The notes below the pieces were generated by a model. The model searched no databases and was not told the DNA's origin. It was given only the letters and a program-made list of their open reading frames with translations. A program made the position numbers and the translations under genes. Shown here piece by piece: positions 10,246-19,689 of a stretch of 32,000 bases of DNA; position 1 is the stretch's first letter; each line of letters begins with the position of its first letter. This DNA is from Candidatus Saccharimonadota bacterium (lineage in GTDB: Bacteria; Patescibacteriota; Gracilibacteria; BD1-5; UBA2023). The DNA lies in contig BAAFHK010000003.1 of NCBI GenBank assembly GCA_042852035.1, positions 60,001 through 92,000 on the forward strand, read 5' to 3'.

Positions 10246-11016
10246 CTAAGTTTCTATCACTTTCTTCGGAAGAGTTATTTTCTTTTCCCAGCTAGATCGA
10301 TTTGCGATTGCATTTTCTGCTGCATCTTGCTCTCATTTTTTCTTGGAAGTTCATTTCCCAACACCAAGCTCAATACTATCGAGAGTTACGGAAATTTTGT
10401 AGAGTTTATTGTGATCTGCTCATTCCTCTTCAGCAACACTATAAGTTGGAGTAATTCCCCAAATTGCTTGCGTTACTTCCTGAAGATGTGATTTTGGATC
10501 AACAAAAAGCCCCTCAGCAAGGATACGAGGAAGAGTTGAATAAATATGCTTCGCGATAAAAGCTCTCGCAACATCGAAACCCTGTTCGAGATAGATAGCG
10601 CCAATGATAGCTTCGAGAGTATTAGCGAGAATATATGGGTTCTCGTGACCCAGAGCAAGTGACTCACCACGAGAGAGTTGTATAGCACTCGAGAATCCGA
10701 GTTTTGCAGCAATTTGAGCAAGATTACGCCCACGAACGAGTGCTGATCGAATATCTGTCAATTCACCCTCAGGCTTTTCAGGGAATTCATGAAAAAGAGC
10801 CTCAGTAACTGAAACCTCGAGGACTGCATCTCAAAGAAATTCGAGTCGTTCATTTGATTCTGAGTATCCCATATGAGCCTCATTCAAGACGCTTCTATGG
10901 ATACACGCAAGGATATAGAGTTCTGAATTTTTCGGGAGAATCTGGAGAGAAGAGAGGAGAGATCCCACCTTCGCTTCAAACTCACCTCGTTCATAACGAA
11001 GAGATGGACGAGACAT
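10246..11016 (-). CDS. rnc: ribonuclease III (256 aa)
   Basis: Fragments 10831-11016 and 10420-10761 join across TGA. The RNase III signature NERLEFLGDAVL has TGA at its Gly. The C-terminal dsRBD reads GVGKGTSKKKGEQDAAENA. The stop is TAG at 10248-10246. Confidence 0.93.
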
Positions 11017-11018
11017 AA

Positions 11019-11052
11019 AAAAAGATATGAAGTGCGGATATCATATCTTTTT
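11019..11052. terminator. hairpin 1 of a twin terminator-like pair
   Basis: A 12-bp stem, aaaaagatatga (11019-11030) with tcatatcttttt (11041-11052), around a 10-nt loop. It lies between the protease stop and the rnc start. Confidence 0.6.
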
Positions 11053-11087
11053 GCAGAGGAATGTAAATTAAAACGAGTTAATCTCAT

Positions 11088-11120
11088 AAAAAAAGATATG
11101 AATCGCTCATATCTTTTTTT
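11088..11120. terminator. hairpin 2 of the twin pair; same stem sequence
   Basis: A 14-bp stem, aaaaaaagatatga (11088-11101) with tcatatcttttttt (11107-11120), around a 5-nt loop. The stem arms are identical to hairpin 1 and only the loop differs. Confidence 0.65.
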
Positions 11121-11131
11121 ATAGGTAAGAA

Positions 11132-12886
11132 TTAATTGGTAAACGCAGGTCTTCCTGGAAGATCAAGGCTTTCCATAAAATCTCGTATAGCGAATATTTC
11201 AGATTCATCAGTCGTATGAAGTATAAATGTAAACTTATAAGCCCTATACACTCAAGATGGTGTGAGAAATGGATAAAAGAATGTTACATACTTCTCATAT
11301 TTTGCCGGAAAGACATCTGTGTCACTATAATCGGAAAGGGTCATTACGAATTTTTTGCCATTCTTTGATGTCAGCGCAACATCACTTACATTGGTGTATC
11401 CGGTAGTCTTGTAGGTATCAAAAAAGGCTTGAAAAGAATATGTTGGTTCATTATAAGTTTTTGATTCGGAAGAGCTATATTCCATAATTGATCCGATATT
11501 TTCGAATTCCAATAGAGAAAAATCAGAATATACCATCTCATTTCACTTATACGAAACAAAGCCAATACTCGGAACAATTTCATTTCCTTTGCTAAAAGAA
11601 GCAACTTCAGAGATTTGAAAGTTCTTTGGAATACTTTGTGCATTAAAATAGGTTGACTGAAATGTTGATGTATATTGAAGTGTTTTTGTGAATTTTACAC
11701 TTTTAGCAAGCTGATAGGCTTTCTCAAATAGAGCTTTATCTTTATTTTCCGAATCAGAAGCAACGATTAAAGACAGACAAGTTGGGGCATCTTTATAGAG
11801 CACCGCCTTCGCTCATCACCTTTCACCTTTGGTTTCCTTTTTATCAAGGGCGTAAAGAACATAGAGAGATGAAGATGAGTCATTTATCTCGGTAACAGTT
11901 GTTGCACTATCTTTTTTTAACTGCATAAGCCTGTATGACTCTTTCTCAAATTCTATAGAATCTTTCCAGGTTGTTTGAGCATCTTTAGAACAACCGATAG
12001 TCAAGAGAACTCTTTCATTCTTATCGATGAATTTATAGGTAAAGATTGATCCATCGGTAGAGGTAACTGCACTGATAAGGCTAAATCAATTTTTTTCAGC
12101 ATTTTTGAGCTCCATATACTTTGTCTTCAAAAGATTCGGCTTTGAAAAAATAGCTTCAATAGACCTGATATATACAGAAAATGTGGAATCAATTTTTGCG
12201 GAAAATAACTCAATGGAGTCAGTCTTTTTCTCAAGAAACTGTTTCACCTTTTTAAGTGGAATAATATATCCAATCACTCCATTATCCGAACTTACGGCAA
12301 AAGGAATTCCGATAAGTTTACCATTATTATCAAAAGCTCAGCCTCAAGAATTTCCATGGTCAATGGTACCATCAAATTTGTAATTTTCTTTATCGAAGCC
12401 GCCAATTTTTCCTTCCGTTCGAGTTATAGTAAATCATCCAATTGCTGGATAACCATAAACAACAACATTTTTACCTATACCCATATCAGTAGAGTCACTC
12501 ATGAGGGCTGGTTTTAGTCCTTTCGGGATTGAAGCCACTTCAAGTACTGCAAGATCAGCTATCTTATCGAGGTAGAGTAATTTTGCTTGAGCAAAACAGG
12601 TTGGTATTTTTTTATTTGTCTCAGTCCGACAAACTTCATAATATCCAGTAGGCTTATTCCCATTAGCATCAAGAACCACATGCGCATTCGTTATAATTCT
12701 CTTCCCATCAATAATGACCGCACTTCCATATTGAGTAAATACATAATTTCCGTCTACAGCATTTTTCTCATAAGCCTTGATCTTAAGCACTGATGACATC
12801 ATATCAGCATCTATCGAACTCGCTCAAAATGAGATTGAGCATGAGGCAAAAATCCCAATCAGAACCAAGAAAATTCTAGAAGTCAT
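11132..12886 (-). CDS. secreted trypsin-like (S1) serine protease with a long uncharacterised C-terminal region (584 aa)
   Basis: Five track fragments (ends at 12802, 12277, 12004, 11803 and 11536) are all in the same frame. The catalytic blocks are TNAHVV (His), DLAVLEV (Asp) and DHGNSGGGAF (Ser), with TGA encoding two of the Gly residues. An N-terminal signal-like segment MTSRIFLVLIGIFASCSISF appears if the start is ATG at 12886. The stop is TAA at 11134-11132. I recognise no PDZ domain. Confidence 0.8.
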
Positions 12887-12965
12887 AGAAAAAGATAGAG
12901 GATATAAATTGAACCTATGGTATGTATTTTCAGGACCAAAGCAACCTATGATAGAAGTAAGATTC

Positions 12966-13418
12966 TTAAAAAACACGAAACTCGCTCTTTTTCTCAAAAT
13001 GTTTCTCTGCATCTTTTATATAACTCGACAATACTCCATTCACAAACTCACGTCCCCCATCATCAGAGAATCGCTTCGCGAGTTCGATAGCCTCATTGGT
13101 TGCTACCGCCTCCGGGATATCGAAGTCCTTCATGTAGCATATCTCCGTGAGTGCAATCATGATGATGAGGATATGGAGGACTGGGAGAGTGGCGAGTTCG
13201 AACTTCGGTGCTAGTGCTGAGATAATCGAGAGGAGTTCTTCTTCATGAGCAATAAGAGCCTCTTCAGCAGCACTTACATATTTTTCTTCGAGATCGATAC
13301 GATTTTCTCAGGAAAAATAAGCCTCGATAAAAGCTTCCTTATCGAAATCGTTCGCACGAGAAGTGCGAGCATAGAGGGACTGGAGGAGAAATTCACGGGA
13401 TTTACGGCGAGAGTGCAT
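12966..13418 (-). CDS. nusB: transcription antitermination factor NusB (150 aa)
   Basis: Begins MHSRRKSREFLLQSLY and continues ...LPVLHILIIMIALTEICYMKDFDIPEAVATNEAIELAKRFSDDGGREFVNGVL. It has one in-frame TGA and a TAA stop at 12968-12966. Confidence 0.85.
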
Positions 13419-13505
13419 AGTTTGTAATATTTTGGGCGATTATAGAGAGAAATATGGAAAAAGCGAGGGGATTTTTGTAAGAAGAAAATGGTAGCTTATT
13501 ATTAT

Positions 13506-13537
13506 AAAGACTCACCCTTTCGGATGAGTCTTTTTTT
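13506..13537. terminator. rho-independent terminator-like hairpin after rpmF
   Basis: The stem is aaagactca (13506-13514) with tgagtcttt (13525-13533). A T7 run follows on the plus strand and a U-rich AU tail on the minus strand. Confidence 0.55.
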
Positions 13538-13548
13538 GATATTCATAA

Positions 13549-13785
13549 TTACGCACGAATCTTTGTTGGAGTCTTTCCTTTTCCTGTTCGAATAGAGAGA
13601 ACTTTTCGCCCTTTGTATTCTCCTGTAATTGGAGAAGCAAAGTGTGAAAGAGCTACCGCATTCCCCTCTTTATCATATTGGAGAGAAACGAGATTCTTGA
13701 GACGCTTAGCATTGAGTTTCACCCATGCGCTATATCGTTTTTTTGAACGAACCTTCGAGAGTTGTTGTTGAGGAGAAATTGTCAT
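13549..13785 (-). CDS. rpmF: 50S ribosomal protein bL32 (78 aa, Cys-less type with a C-terminal extension)
   Basis: Intact ORF. It resembles E. coli L32 at PQQQLSKVRSKKRYSAW (compare QQNKPTRSKRGMRRSH) and at LQYDKEGNAVALSHFASPITGEYKGRKV (compare [27 protein letters not shown]). Confidence 0.75.
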   Translation of the reverse strand: MTISPQQQLSKVRSKKRYSAWVKLNAKRLKNLVSLQYDKEGNAVALSHFASPITGEYKGRKVLSIRTGKGKTPTKIRA

Positions 13786-13823
13786 ATTTTGGAGAGATTA
13801 ATTTTCTAGTTATGCTATGAAGC

Positions 13824-14096
13824 TTAGACAACATTAACATAGGTATCACGATAGACACGTCCATCGAAACGTACACGGCGCTTTTCTTGGAATTGAACTG
13901 TACCATCTTTTACAGCAAAAAGTGTAAAGTCAGATCCTTGTTCAACACCAGTTCCTGCCCAGAAAGTGTTGCCTTTCTGACGAACGATAATGTTTCCAGC
14001 AATTGCAGGTTGTCCTCCGTAGATTTTTACGCCAAGTCTTTTGGCTTGCGAGTCACGACCATTAGCCGTCGACCCCATCGCTTTTTTATGAGCCAT
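13824..14096 (-). CDS. rpmA: 50S ribosomal protein bL27 (90 aa)
   Basis: Intact ORF reading [29 protein letters not shown]...[13 protein letters not shown], the canonical L27 N-terminus. Confidence 0.95.
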   Translation of the reverse strand: MAHKKAMGSTANGRDSQAKRLGVKIYGGQPAIAGNIIVRQKGNTFWAGTGVEQGSDFTLFAVKDGTVQFQEKRRVRFDGRVYRDTYVNVV

Positions 14097-14132
14097 ACTG
14101 TGAGATTAAAATTGTAATTTTTAGAAAGAATA

Positions 14133-14588
14133 CTACTTATTATTCGCGTAACGTGCGAATGCCTTGTTTGCTTCTGCCATCTTATAAACATCGAGCTTTT
14201 TCTTTACAGCAACTCCAGTTTCTGTAGCTGCATCGATAAATTCTTGAGCAAGGTAAACGGAGAAGTCTTTTCCACTCTTACCTCGTGCCGCTCCGAGAAT
14301 CCATCGAGATGCAAGAGCAAATGCTCTTCCTGGAGGAACCTCTGTTGGAACTTGGTAAATAGCACCTCAAACTCGTTTTGGACGACACTCAATCTTTGGG
14401 GTAACGTTATCGATTGCCTTATCGAACACTTCCTCAGGATTGGTATATCCCTTTTCTCGGAGGATATCAAAAGTTGCATTGATAAGCTTATGGGCAAGAG
14501 TTTTCTTTCCCTCTTTCATTACGTAATTTACGAATTTTTTGAGTCTTTCATTTTGTGTAGAAAATGATACGCTCCCTTTGGTACTCAT
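14133..14588 (-). CDS. rpsG: 30S ribosomal protein uS7 (151 aa)
   Basis: ORF 14367-14588 continues across TGA in the conserved RV-G-GAIYQVPTEV block. The C-terminus is KKKLDVYKMAEANKAFARY. The stop is TAG at 14135-14133. Confidence 0.93.
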
Positions 14589-14676
14589 AGTAGTTGATTT
14601 CTAAAGTTATAAAGTTGTTATTTTGAGTATAGCTCAGCCATGAGGTCTACTCATGCAACTCTGGTATTTGTATAAA

Positions 14677-15096
14677 CTATTTTTTTGCTTTTGGTCTCTT
14701 CGCTCCGTAAAGAGAACGACCTTGTCCACGCTTATCAACACCCTGACAGTCGAGAACTCCTCGAACTATATGGTATCGAACACCTGGAAGATCTTTCACA
14801 CGGCCACCACGAATCATTACGACTGAGTGTTCTTGGAGATTATGACCTTCTCAACCGATATAAGAGATAACCTCATATCCGTTAGTAAGACGAACTTTTG
14901 CAACCTTACGAAGGGCAGAGTTTGGTTTCTTTGGAGTAGTTGTATATACCTTAAGACAAACTCAACGACGTTGAGGAGCAGCAAGTGGAAGTACCTCTTG
15001 CTTGAGGGTATTCTTATTAAATTGAAGAGCTGGAGACTTACTCTTACGAGTTGGATCTTTGCGCTTTCGACGAACGAGTTGATTAATTGTAGGCAT
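14677..15096 (-). CDS. rpsL: 30S ribosomal protein uS12 (139 aa)
   Basis: Hand translation gives [13 protein letters not shown]...[73 protein letters not shown]. Both TGA codons fall on conserved Gly positions (RGVC and GGEGHN). The stop is TAG at 14679-14677. Confidence 0.95.
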
Positions 15097-15129
15097 TGGG
15101 GAAGAAACTTAAAAATTTTGAAGTGAAGA

Positions 15130-15525
15130 TTAACGTTTAGACCAAGATGGACCTTTACGAGATTTATGAAGACCTGGCTTCTTACGTTCAACCTTACGAG
15201 CATCTCGAGTGAGGAATCCTGCACCCTTAAGGGCTTTCTTGAGATTCTCATCTGCCTCTACGAGAGCACGGGTAACACCGTGTCGAATAGCTTCAGCCTG
15301 AGCTGACTCACCTGAACCACTTACCTTTACTTCAAAGTGAAAACCTTCATACACTCCTGCAACCTTAAGAGGCGCATAAATTGTAGAAAAAAGATCGGCA
15401 CGCTTTACATATGATTCAAGCGGTTGACCATTGGCGATATTCGCACCCTTTCCTTTAAAGAGACGGACTTCTGCAACTGCAGTTTTTCGGCGGCCAATTG
15501 CGTATGTATACTTATTATCTGACAT
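15130..15525 (-). CDS. rpsI: 30S ribosomal protein uS9 (131 aa)
   Basis: Intact ORF with GRRKTAVAEVRL near the start and the C-terminus ...RKKPGLHKSRKGPSWSKR. Confidence 0.95.
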   Translation of the reverse strand: MSDNKYTYAIGRRKTAVAEVRLFKGKGANIANGQPLESYVKRADLFSTIYAPLKVAGVYEGFHFEVKVSGSGESAQAEAIRHGVTRALVEADENLKKALKGAGFLTRDARKVERKKPGLHKSRKGPSWSKR

Positions 15526-15551
15526 AGGAGAGTATTAGGATTTTTTTTGAA

Positions 15552-15983
15552 CTAAAATGTAAGTGCTTCTGGTTTTTGAGCGTCATACTCATGAGTTGCC
15601 CCAATAACGAGCTTGATGCGCTTGCTCATATCAGTGCGAGCACGAGTACGAGGAAGCATTCCTTCAATAGCATGACGGAGGATTTTTGTTGGATTTTTCT
15701 CTCGCATTTTTCCGAGAGGAGTTTCCTTAAGTCCACCCATATACTGTGAGTGCGTTCGGTAGAGCTTATCTGACTCTTTTGCACCAGTAACTGCTATTTT
15801 TTCAGCATTGATTATAACTACATAAGCACCGTTATCGATGTGTGGAGTAAAATCAACACGATTTCGGCCAGCTACTACACGAGCTATACCCGTTGCGAGA
15901 CGTCCAAGATTCTGACCAGCAGCATCGACGACATACCATTTTCGTTCTGGATTTTTGAGAGCAGGAGAAACAAGAGTTTTCAT
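15552..15983 (-). CDS. rplM: 50S ribosomal protein uL13 (143 aa)
   Basis: Intact ORF with the blocks KWYVVDAAGQNLGRLAT and GMLPRTR. Confidence 0.95.
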   Translation of the reverse strand: MKTLVSPALKNPERKWYVVDAAGQNLGRLATGIARVVAGRNRVDFTPHIDNGAYVVIINAEKIAVTGAKESDKLYRTHSQYMGGLKETPLGKMREKNPTKILRHAIEGMLPRTRARTDMSKRIKLVIGATHEYDAQKPEALTF

Positions 15984-16014
15984 AAATAATTGGAATTAGT
16001 TTTTGATTTCTTTA

Positions 16015-16374
16015 TTAGACGAGTTCAATCTTTACAAGTTTTGCAGAGTCACCATCGCGATACTTGATAGGAGTTATGCGAGTATATCATCCTGCTTGTT
16101 TTGCGTAGTTCTTTGCAAGAGCCATAAGTGATTTACTTGCATCTTCTGTAAAGAGCTCAGCAGAGATAAGACGAATCTTATTGTATTCTGTATGATTTCA
16201 CTTTGCGACCTCAATAAGTCGATGAGCAAGAGGCTCCATAGCAAGAGCTCGTTTCTCAGTAGTCTGTATAGACTTATGAGTAAAAAGTCCAGTAAGAAGA
16301 TTTCGTATTACTGCCTTTCTGTGGGCATTATCTTTTTGAGAAAGATGAAGATGTTTTTTAACTCGGTGGCGCAT
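16015..16374 (-). CDS. rplQ: 50S ribosomal protein bL17 (119 aa)
   Basis: Hand translation gives MRHRVKKHLHLSQKDNAHRKAVIRNL...QAGGYTRITPIKYRDGDSAKLVKIELV, with TGA at the Gly of GGYTRI. The stop is TAA at 16017-16015. Confidence 0.92.
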
Positions 16375-16430
16375 AGGGGAAAATTATTATTTTAGTTGTC
16401 ATTTATTATTCCTGAAAAGGAATGGGAGTG

Positions 16431-17408
16431 CTAGTCATCTCCAAGGAGCTTAAGTCCTCGTCATTTAAGAGCATCTCGTACCTCAGTCATAGCTTTCTTT
16501 CCAAAGCCTTTTATTGAAGATAGTTTTGCTTCAGTACACTTTGTAAGCTGTTCAATAGAGAGGATATCACCGTTAACGAGAGCATTTAGTGTTCGAGGCG
16601 AGAGACCCATAATTTCGATTGGAGTATACGTTTCTTTTTCGAGTTCTGATTTTACTTCTTGTTTTTCACGTTCGATAACCTCACGGATATCTGAAATGAA
16701 TTCTCCACCTACCTGAAGCTTTTCCTCGTTGAAGAGAGAGAAGTAAGATTCTAGCATTTGAGCTGAAAACTTAACGACATCAGAAGGAGACATAACTCCA
16801 TTCGTTCGAACCGTCATTTCAAGAGAATCTAGAGAAGTAAGCTCACCGTAACGAGCCGTCTTTACTTCGTATTTTACATTTTGTACTGGAGAGAAGTTTG
16901 CATCAAGAACAAGAACTTCAACATCTTCTTCACGCTTCTTAAGTTCTTCAATAGAAACATAACCAACATTTTTCTCAACTCGAATAGAAAGTGTAAAATC
17001 AAATCCTGCATCTACTGTTGTGATATACATTTCCGGGTTGAGAATTTCTGTACCAGAAGGACACTTAATATCAGTACCAGTAACAACACCACCTTTCTTC
17101 TTTGTAAGAGTAAGCCATTCAATATCAGTTGAATCCTTCTTAATAATAAGACCTTTGATATTGAGCATAATATCGAGAACAGATTCGCGTACACCAGGAA
17201 GAGTTGAATATTCGTGAGAGACTCCAGGGATCTTTATTCCAGTGACACGAGCACCAGGAATAGAAGAGAGCATGACGCGACGGAGTGAGTTTCCAAGAGT
17301 TACACCATATCCATTTGGAAGTGGTTCTACAATGAAGCGTTCTTCTGTAGAAGAGATAACTTCACGGCGAATCTTTGGAACTCAGATTGTATTATGAAGG
17401 ATGTGCAT
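16431..17408 (-). CDS. rpoA: DNA-directed RNA polymerase alpha subunit (325 aa)
   Basis: ORF 16461-17273 extends upstream across TGA to MHILHNTIGVPKIRREV...GYGVTLGNSLRRVMLSSIPGA. It extends downstream past the TGA at 16463-16461 to TAG at 16433-16431. The C-terminal domain carries the helix-hairpin-helix block (LSPRTLNALVNGDILSIEQL). Confidence 0.95.
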
Positions 17409-17450
17409 AAATCTATGGTTGGTAAGAAAAACGAGACCAATGAGGAAGAA

Positions 17451-18071
17451 TTACTTTGAGTAAAATTCTATAATACGCGCCACATCTATCATCTGATCGA
17501 AATCTCCTTTTTCTGGAAGAGCTGTAACTGTAATTGTAAGCTTCTTTGGATCTACTGTAAGCCAACGTGAAGAAGTAACTTGAGCTGCCTTATTTTTTTC
17601 AGCAAATGCTTGAAATTCATCAACGAGACTCTTATAAAGTGATGATTCTTTCATTCGCTCTTTGAGAGTTATCACATCACCAATTTTAACCTCATATGAT
17701 GGAACATTGAGTTTTTTTCCGTTTACAAGAAAGTGAGCATGAGAAACACACTGACGAGCTTGCATGATAGTTCGGGCAAAGTTTGCGCGCATAATAACAT
17801 TATCAAAACGTGTCTCAAGCATTCGTAGCATAGCATCACCAGTAACCTCAGTTCCTTTTACGGCACGAGCATAGTACTTTGAAAACTGCTTCTCTGAGAG
17901 AGAAAACTGTCTTTTTGCTGCTTGCTTTTTACGAAGTTGAACACCAAATTCAGAAAGCTTTCCAGCACGCTTCACCTTTCGGTGATTGTCTTCAAGATTA
18001 TATTTTTCTGTACCAAAAAGGTTATAACCTTCACGGCGGCAGAGTTTCATTTTTGGACCAGTGTATCTCAT
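17451..18071 (-). CDS. rpsD: 30S ribosomal protein uS4 (206 aa)
   Basis: Begins at the internal Met of ORF 17451-18170 (MRYTGPKMKLCRREGYNLFG...). It has an S4 domain and a TAA stop. Confidence 0.93.
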   Translation of the reverse strand: MRYTGPKMKLCRREGYNLFGTEKYNLEDNHRKVKRAGKLSEFGVQLRKKQAAKRQFSLSEKQFSKYYARAVKGTEVTGDAMLRMLETRFDNVIMRANFARTIMQARQCVSHAHFLVNGKKLNVPSYEVKIGDVITLKERMKESSLYKSLVDEFQAFAEKNKAAQVTSSRWLTVDPKKLTITVTALPEKGDFDQMIDVARIIEFYSK

Positions 18072-18111
18072 AGGAGAAATTTTAGAGTGTAGAGTAAATT
18101 TGATTGAGGGA

Positions 18112-18504
18112 CTAGAGACTTCGAGCTTTTGGCTTACGACATCCATTGTGAGGTACTGGAGTAGTATCATAGATAGCTACGAGCTCAACCCCTGCAGTGA
18201 TAACTCCGCGGATTGCTTGCTCTCGACCAGAACCAATTCCTTTAATATAAACGTGTGCTCGTTCTACATTATGGAGAGTCTTTGCCTTCGTAACAGCTTG
18301 TTCACTTGTAACTTGTGCGGCATATGGAGTAGCTTCACGAGCCCCCTTAAATCCTGCTGTTCCACCACTTGCCCAAGTAAGAACCTGACCAGAGAGATCA
18401 GAAACAACAACGTGAGTATTATTGAGGGTTGCAGTTATCGAAATGATTACCTCAGGGACATTTTTGCGAGTTTTTTTCGTTCGACGGAGTGTAGCTTTTG
18501 CCAT
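18112..18504 (-). CDS. rpsK: 30S ribosomal protein uS11 (130 aa)
   Basis: Begins at the internal Met of ORF 18112-18570 (MAKATLRRTKKTRKNV...). Other blocks are GFKGAREATPYAAQ and PHNGCRKPKAR. The stop is TAG. Confidence 0.93.
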   Translation of the reverse strand: MAKATLRRTKKTRKNVPEVIISITATLNNTHVVVSDLSGQVLTWASGGTAGFKGAREATPYAAQVTSEQAVTKAKTLHNVERAHVYIKGIGSGREQAIRGVITAGVELVAIYDTTPVPHNGCRKPKARSL

Positions 18505-18598
18505 AATAAATTGTAAGTTATTTTTTGGGGATTTTTGAAGTTCTTGGAATTTCACTTTGGTGTAATTCATTCGAGAAATACGCCTAAAGTTATTTTGA

Positions 18599-18964
18599 TT
18601 ATTTCTTCTTATTCATAACTGTTACTGCCTTACCCTTACGAGTACGAGCATTTGTCTTTGTTCTTTGTCCTCGAACTGGAAGTCGCTTTTTATGGCGAGA
18701 TCCACGATAAGCACCAATATCTTGAAGACGCTTAATATTACCAGCAACCTCACGACGAAGATCACCTTCAATAATAAAATTCTTGAGTTCTTCACGGATT
18801 TTATCGAGCTCAGCTTCTGAGAGATCTCCCATCTTTTTATTCCATGCAATCCCTACCTTAGTAAGAATTTTTTGAGCAAGTGGACGACCTACACCATAGA
18901 TATACATGAGAGAGATTTCTGCATGTTTCCCATCAGGGAGATTTACTCAGGCAATACGAGCCAT
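18599..18964 (-). CDS. rpsM: 30S ribosomal protein uS13 (121 aa)
   Basis: ORF 18599-18907 extends upstream across TGA to [14 protein letters not shown], with TGA at the invariant Gly of MARIAGV. Confidence 0.94.
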
Positions 18965-19009
18965 AGTTTTCTGAAATTAAGAATTACGAAGGAAGAAAAT
19001 AATAAGGAA

Positions 19010-19123
19010 TTATCCTTGTCTTTGTTTATGCTTTGGTTCTTGACAGATAACACGAACTACCCCCTTTCGGCGGATAACGACGCACTTATCACAGATTTTC
19101 TTTACTGAAGGACGGACTTTCAT
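19010..19123 (-). CDS. rpmJ: 50S ribosomal protein bL36 (37 aa)
   Basis: The sequence [37 protein letters not shown] lies within ORF 19010-19234. Confidence 0.93.
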   Translation of the reverse strand: MKVRPSVKKICDKCVVIRRKGVVRVICQEPKHKQRQG

Positions 19124-19148
19124 AATGATTATAGATACTTGATAGAAA

Positions 19149-19421
19149 TTATCTTCTTGTATTTTGTCCTTGCGGACGAACTGGAGCATTTGCATTTGGC
19201 TTTCGGAAAGTGATGCGACCACGAGTAAGATCATATGGAGTGAGCTCTATCGTAACCGTGTCACCTGGGATAAGCTGAATGCGGTTTTTTTGCATCTTTC
19301 CAGACACATACGCACGAATCACCATGTTTGAGAAGGCTTCAGGAAGCTCAACTTCAAATATGGCTCATGGGAGGGCTTTAAGAACTTTTCCCTCAACTTC
19401 GATTTTATCATCTTTCGGCAT
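19149..19421 (-). CDS. infA: translation initiation factor IF-1 (90 aa, short C-terminal extension)
   Basis: Hand translation gives [74 protein letters not shown]... It has one TGA, at the LPGA Gly. The stop is TAA at 19151-19149. Confidence 0.92.
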
Positions 19422-19472
19422 AAGGATGCTGAAAACAGGAGGTTAAAGCAAAAATAAGCTCGTGTAGTATAT

Positions 19473-19522
19473 AAAAAAGGAGGGAGAATGCAAATCATTT
19501 TCGAAAATTCTCTTGCATTCTC
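19473..19522 (-). terminator. extended hairpin plus U-run between infB and infA (second terminator or attenuator)
   Basis: A 10-bp stem, gagaatgcaa (19484-19493) with ttgcattctc (19513-19522), encloses the inner palindrome attttcgaaaat. On the minus strand it is followed by CCUCCUUUUUU. Confidence 0.5.
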
Positions 19523-19652
19523 TTATACAAACGATTTAAAGAGCTTCAGGGAGCCAAAATGGTGAGCAAAATAAGTGAACTATTTATGGATTCAATATGA
19601 ATGTAAATAATGGGGCTTAAGTAACTTTTTATTCACTGAAGTCTCATTATTT

Positions 19653-19681
19653 AAAAACCCGTTTCATTTGAAACGGGTTTT
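19653..19681. terminator. rho-independent terminator directly after infB
   Basis: The stem is aaacccgtttca (19655-19666) with tgaaacgggttt (19669-19680), with A and T runs on both flanks. It begins 9 nt after the infB TAA at 19692-19690. Confidence 0.8.
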
Positions 19682-19689
19682 AATATTTT

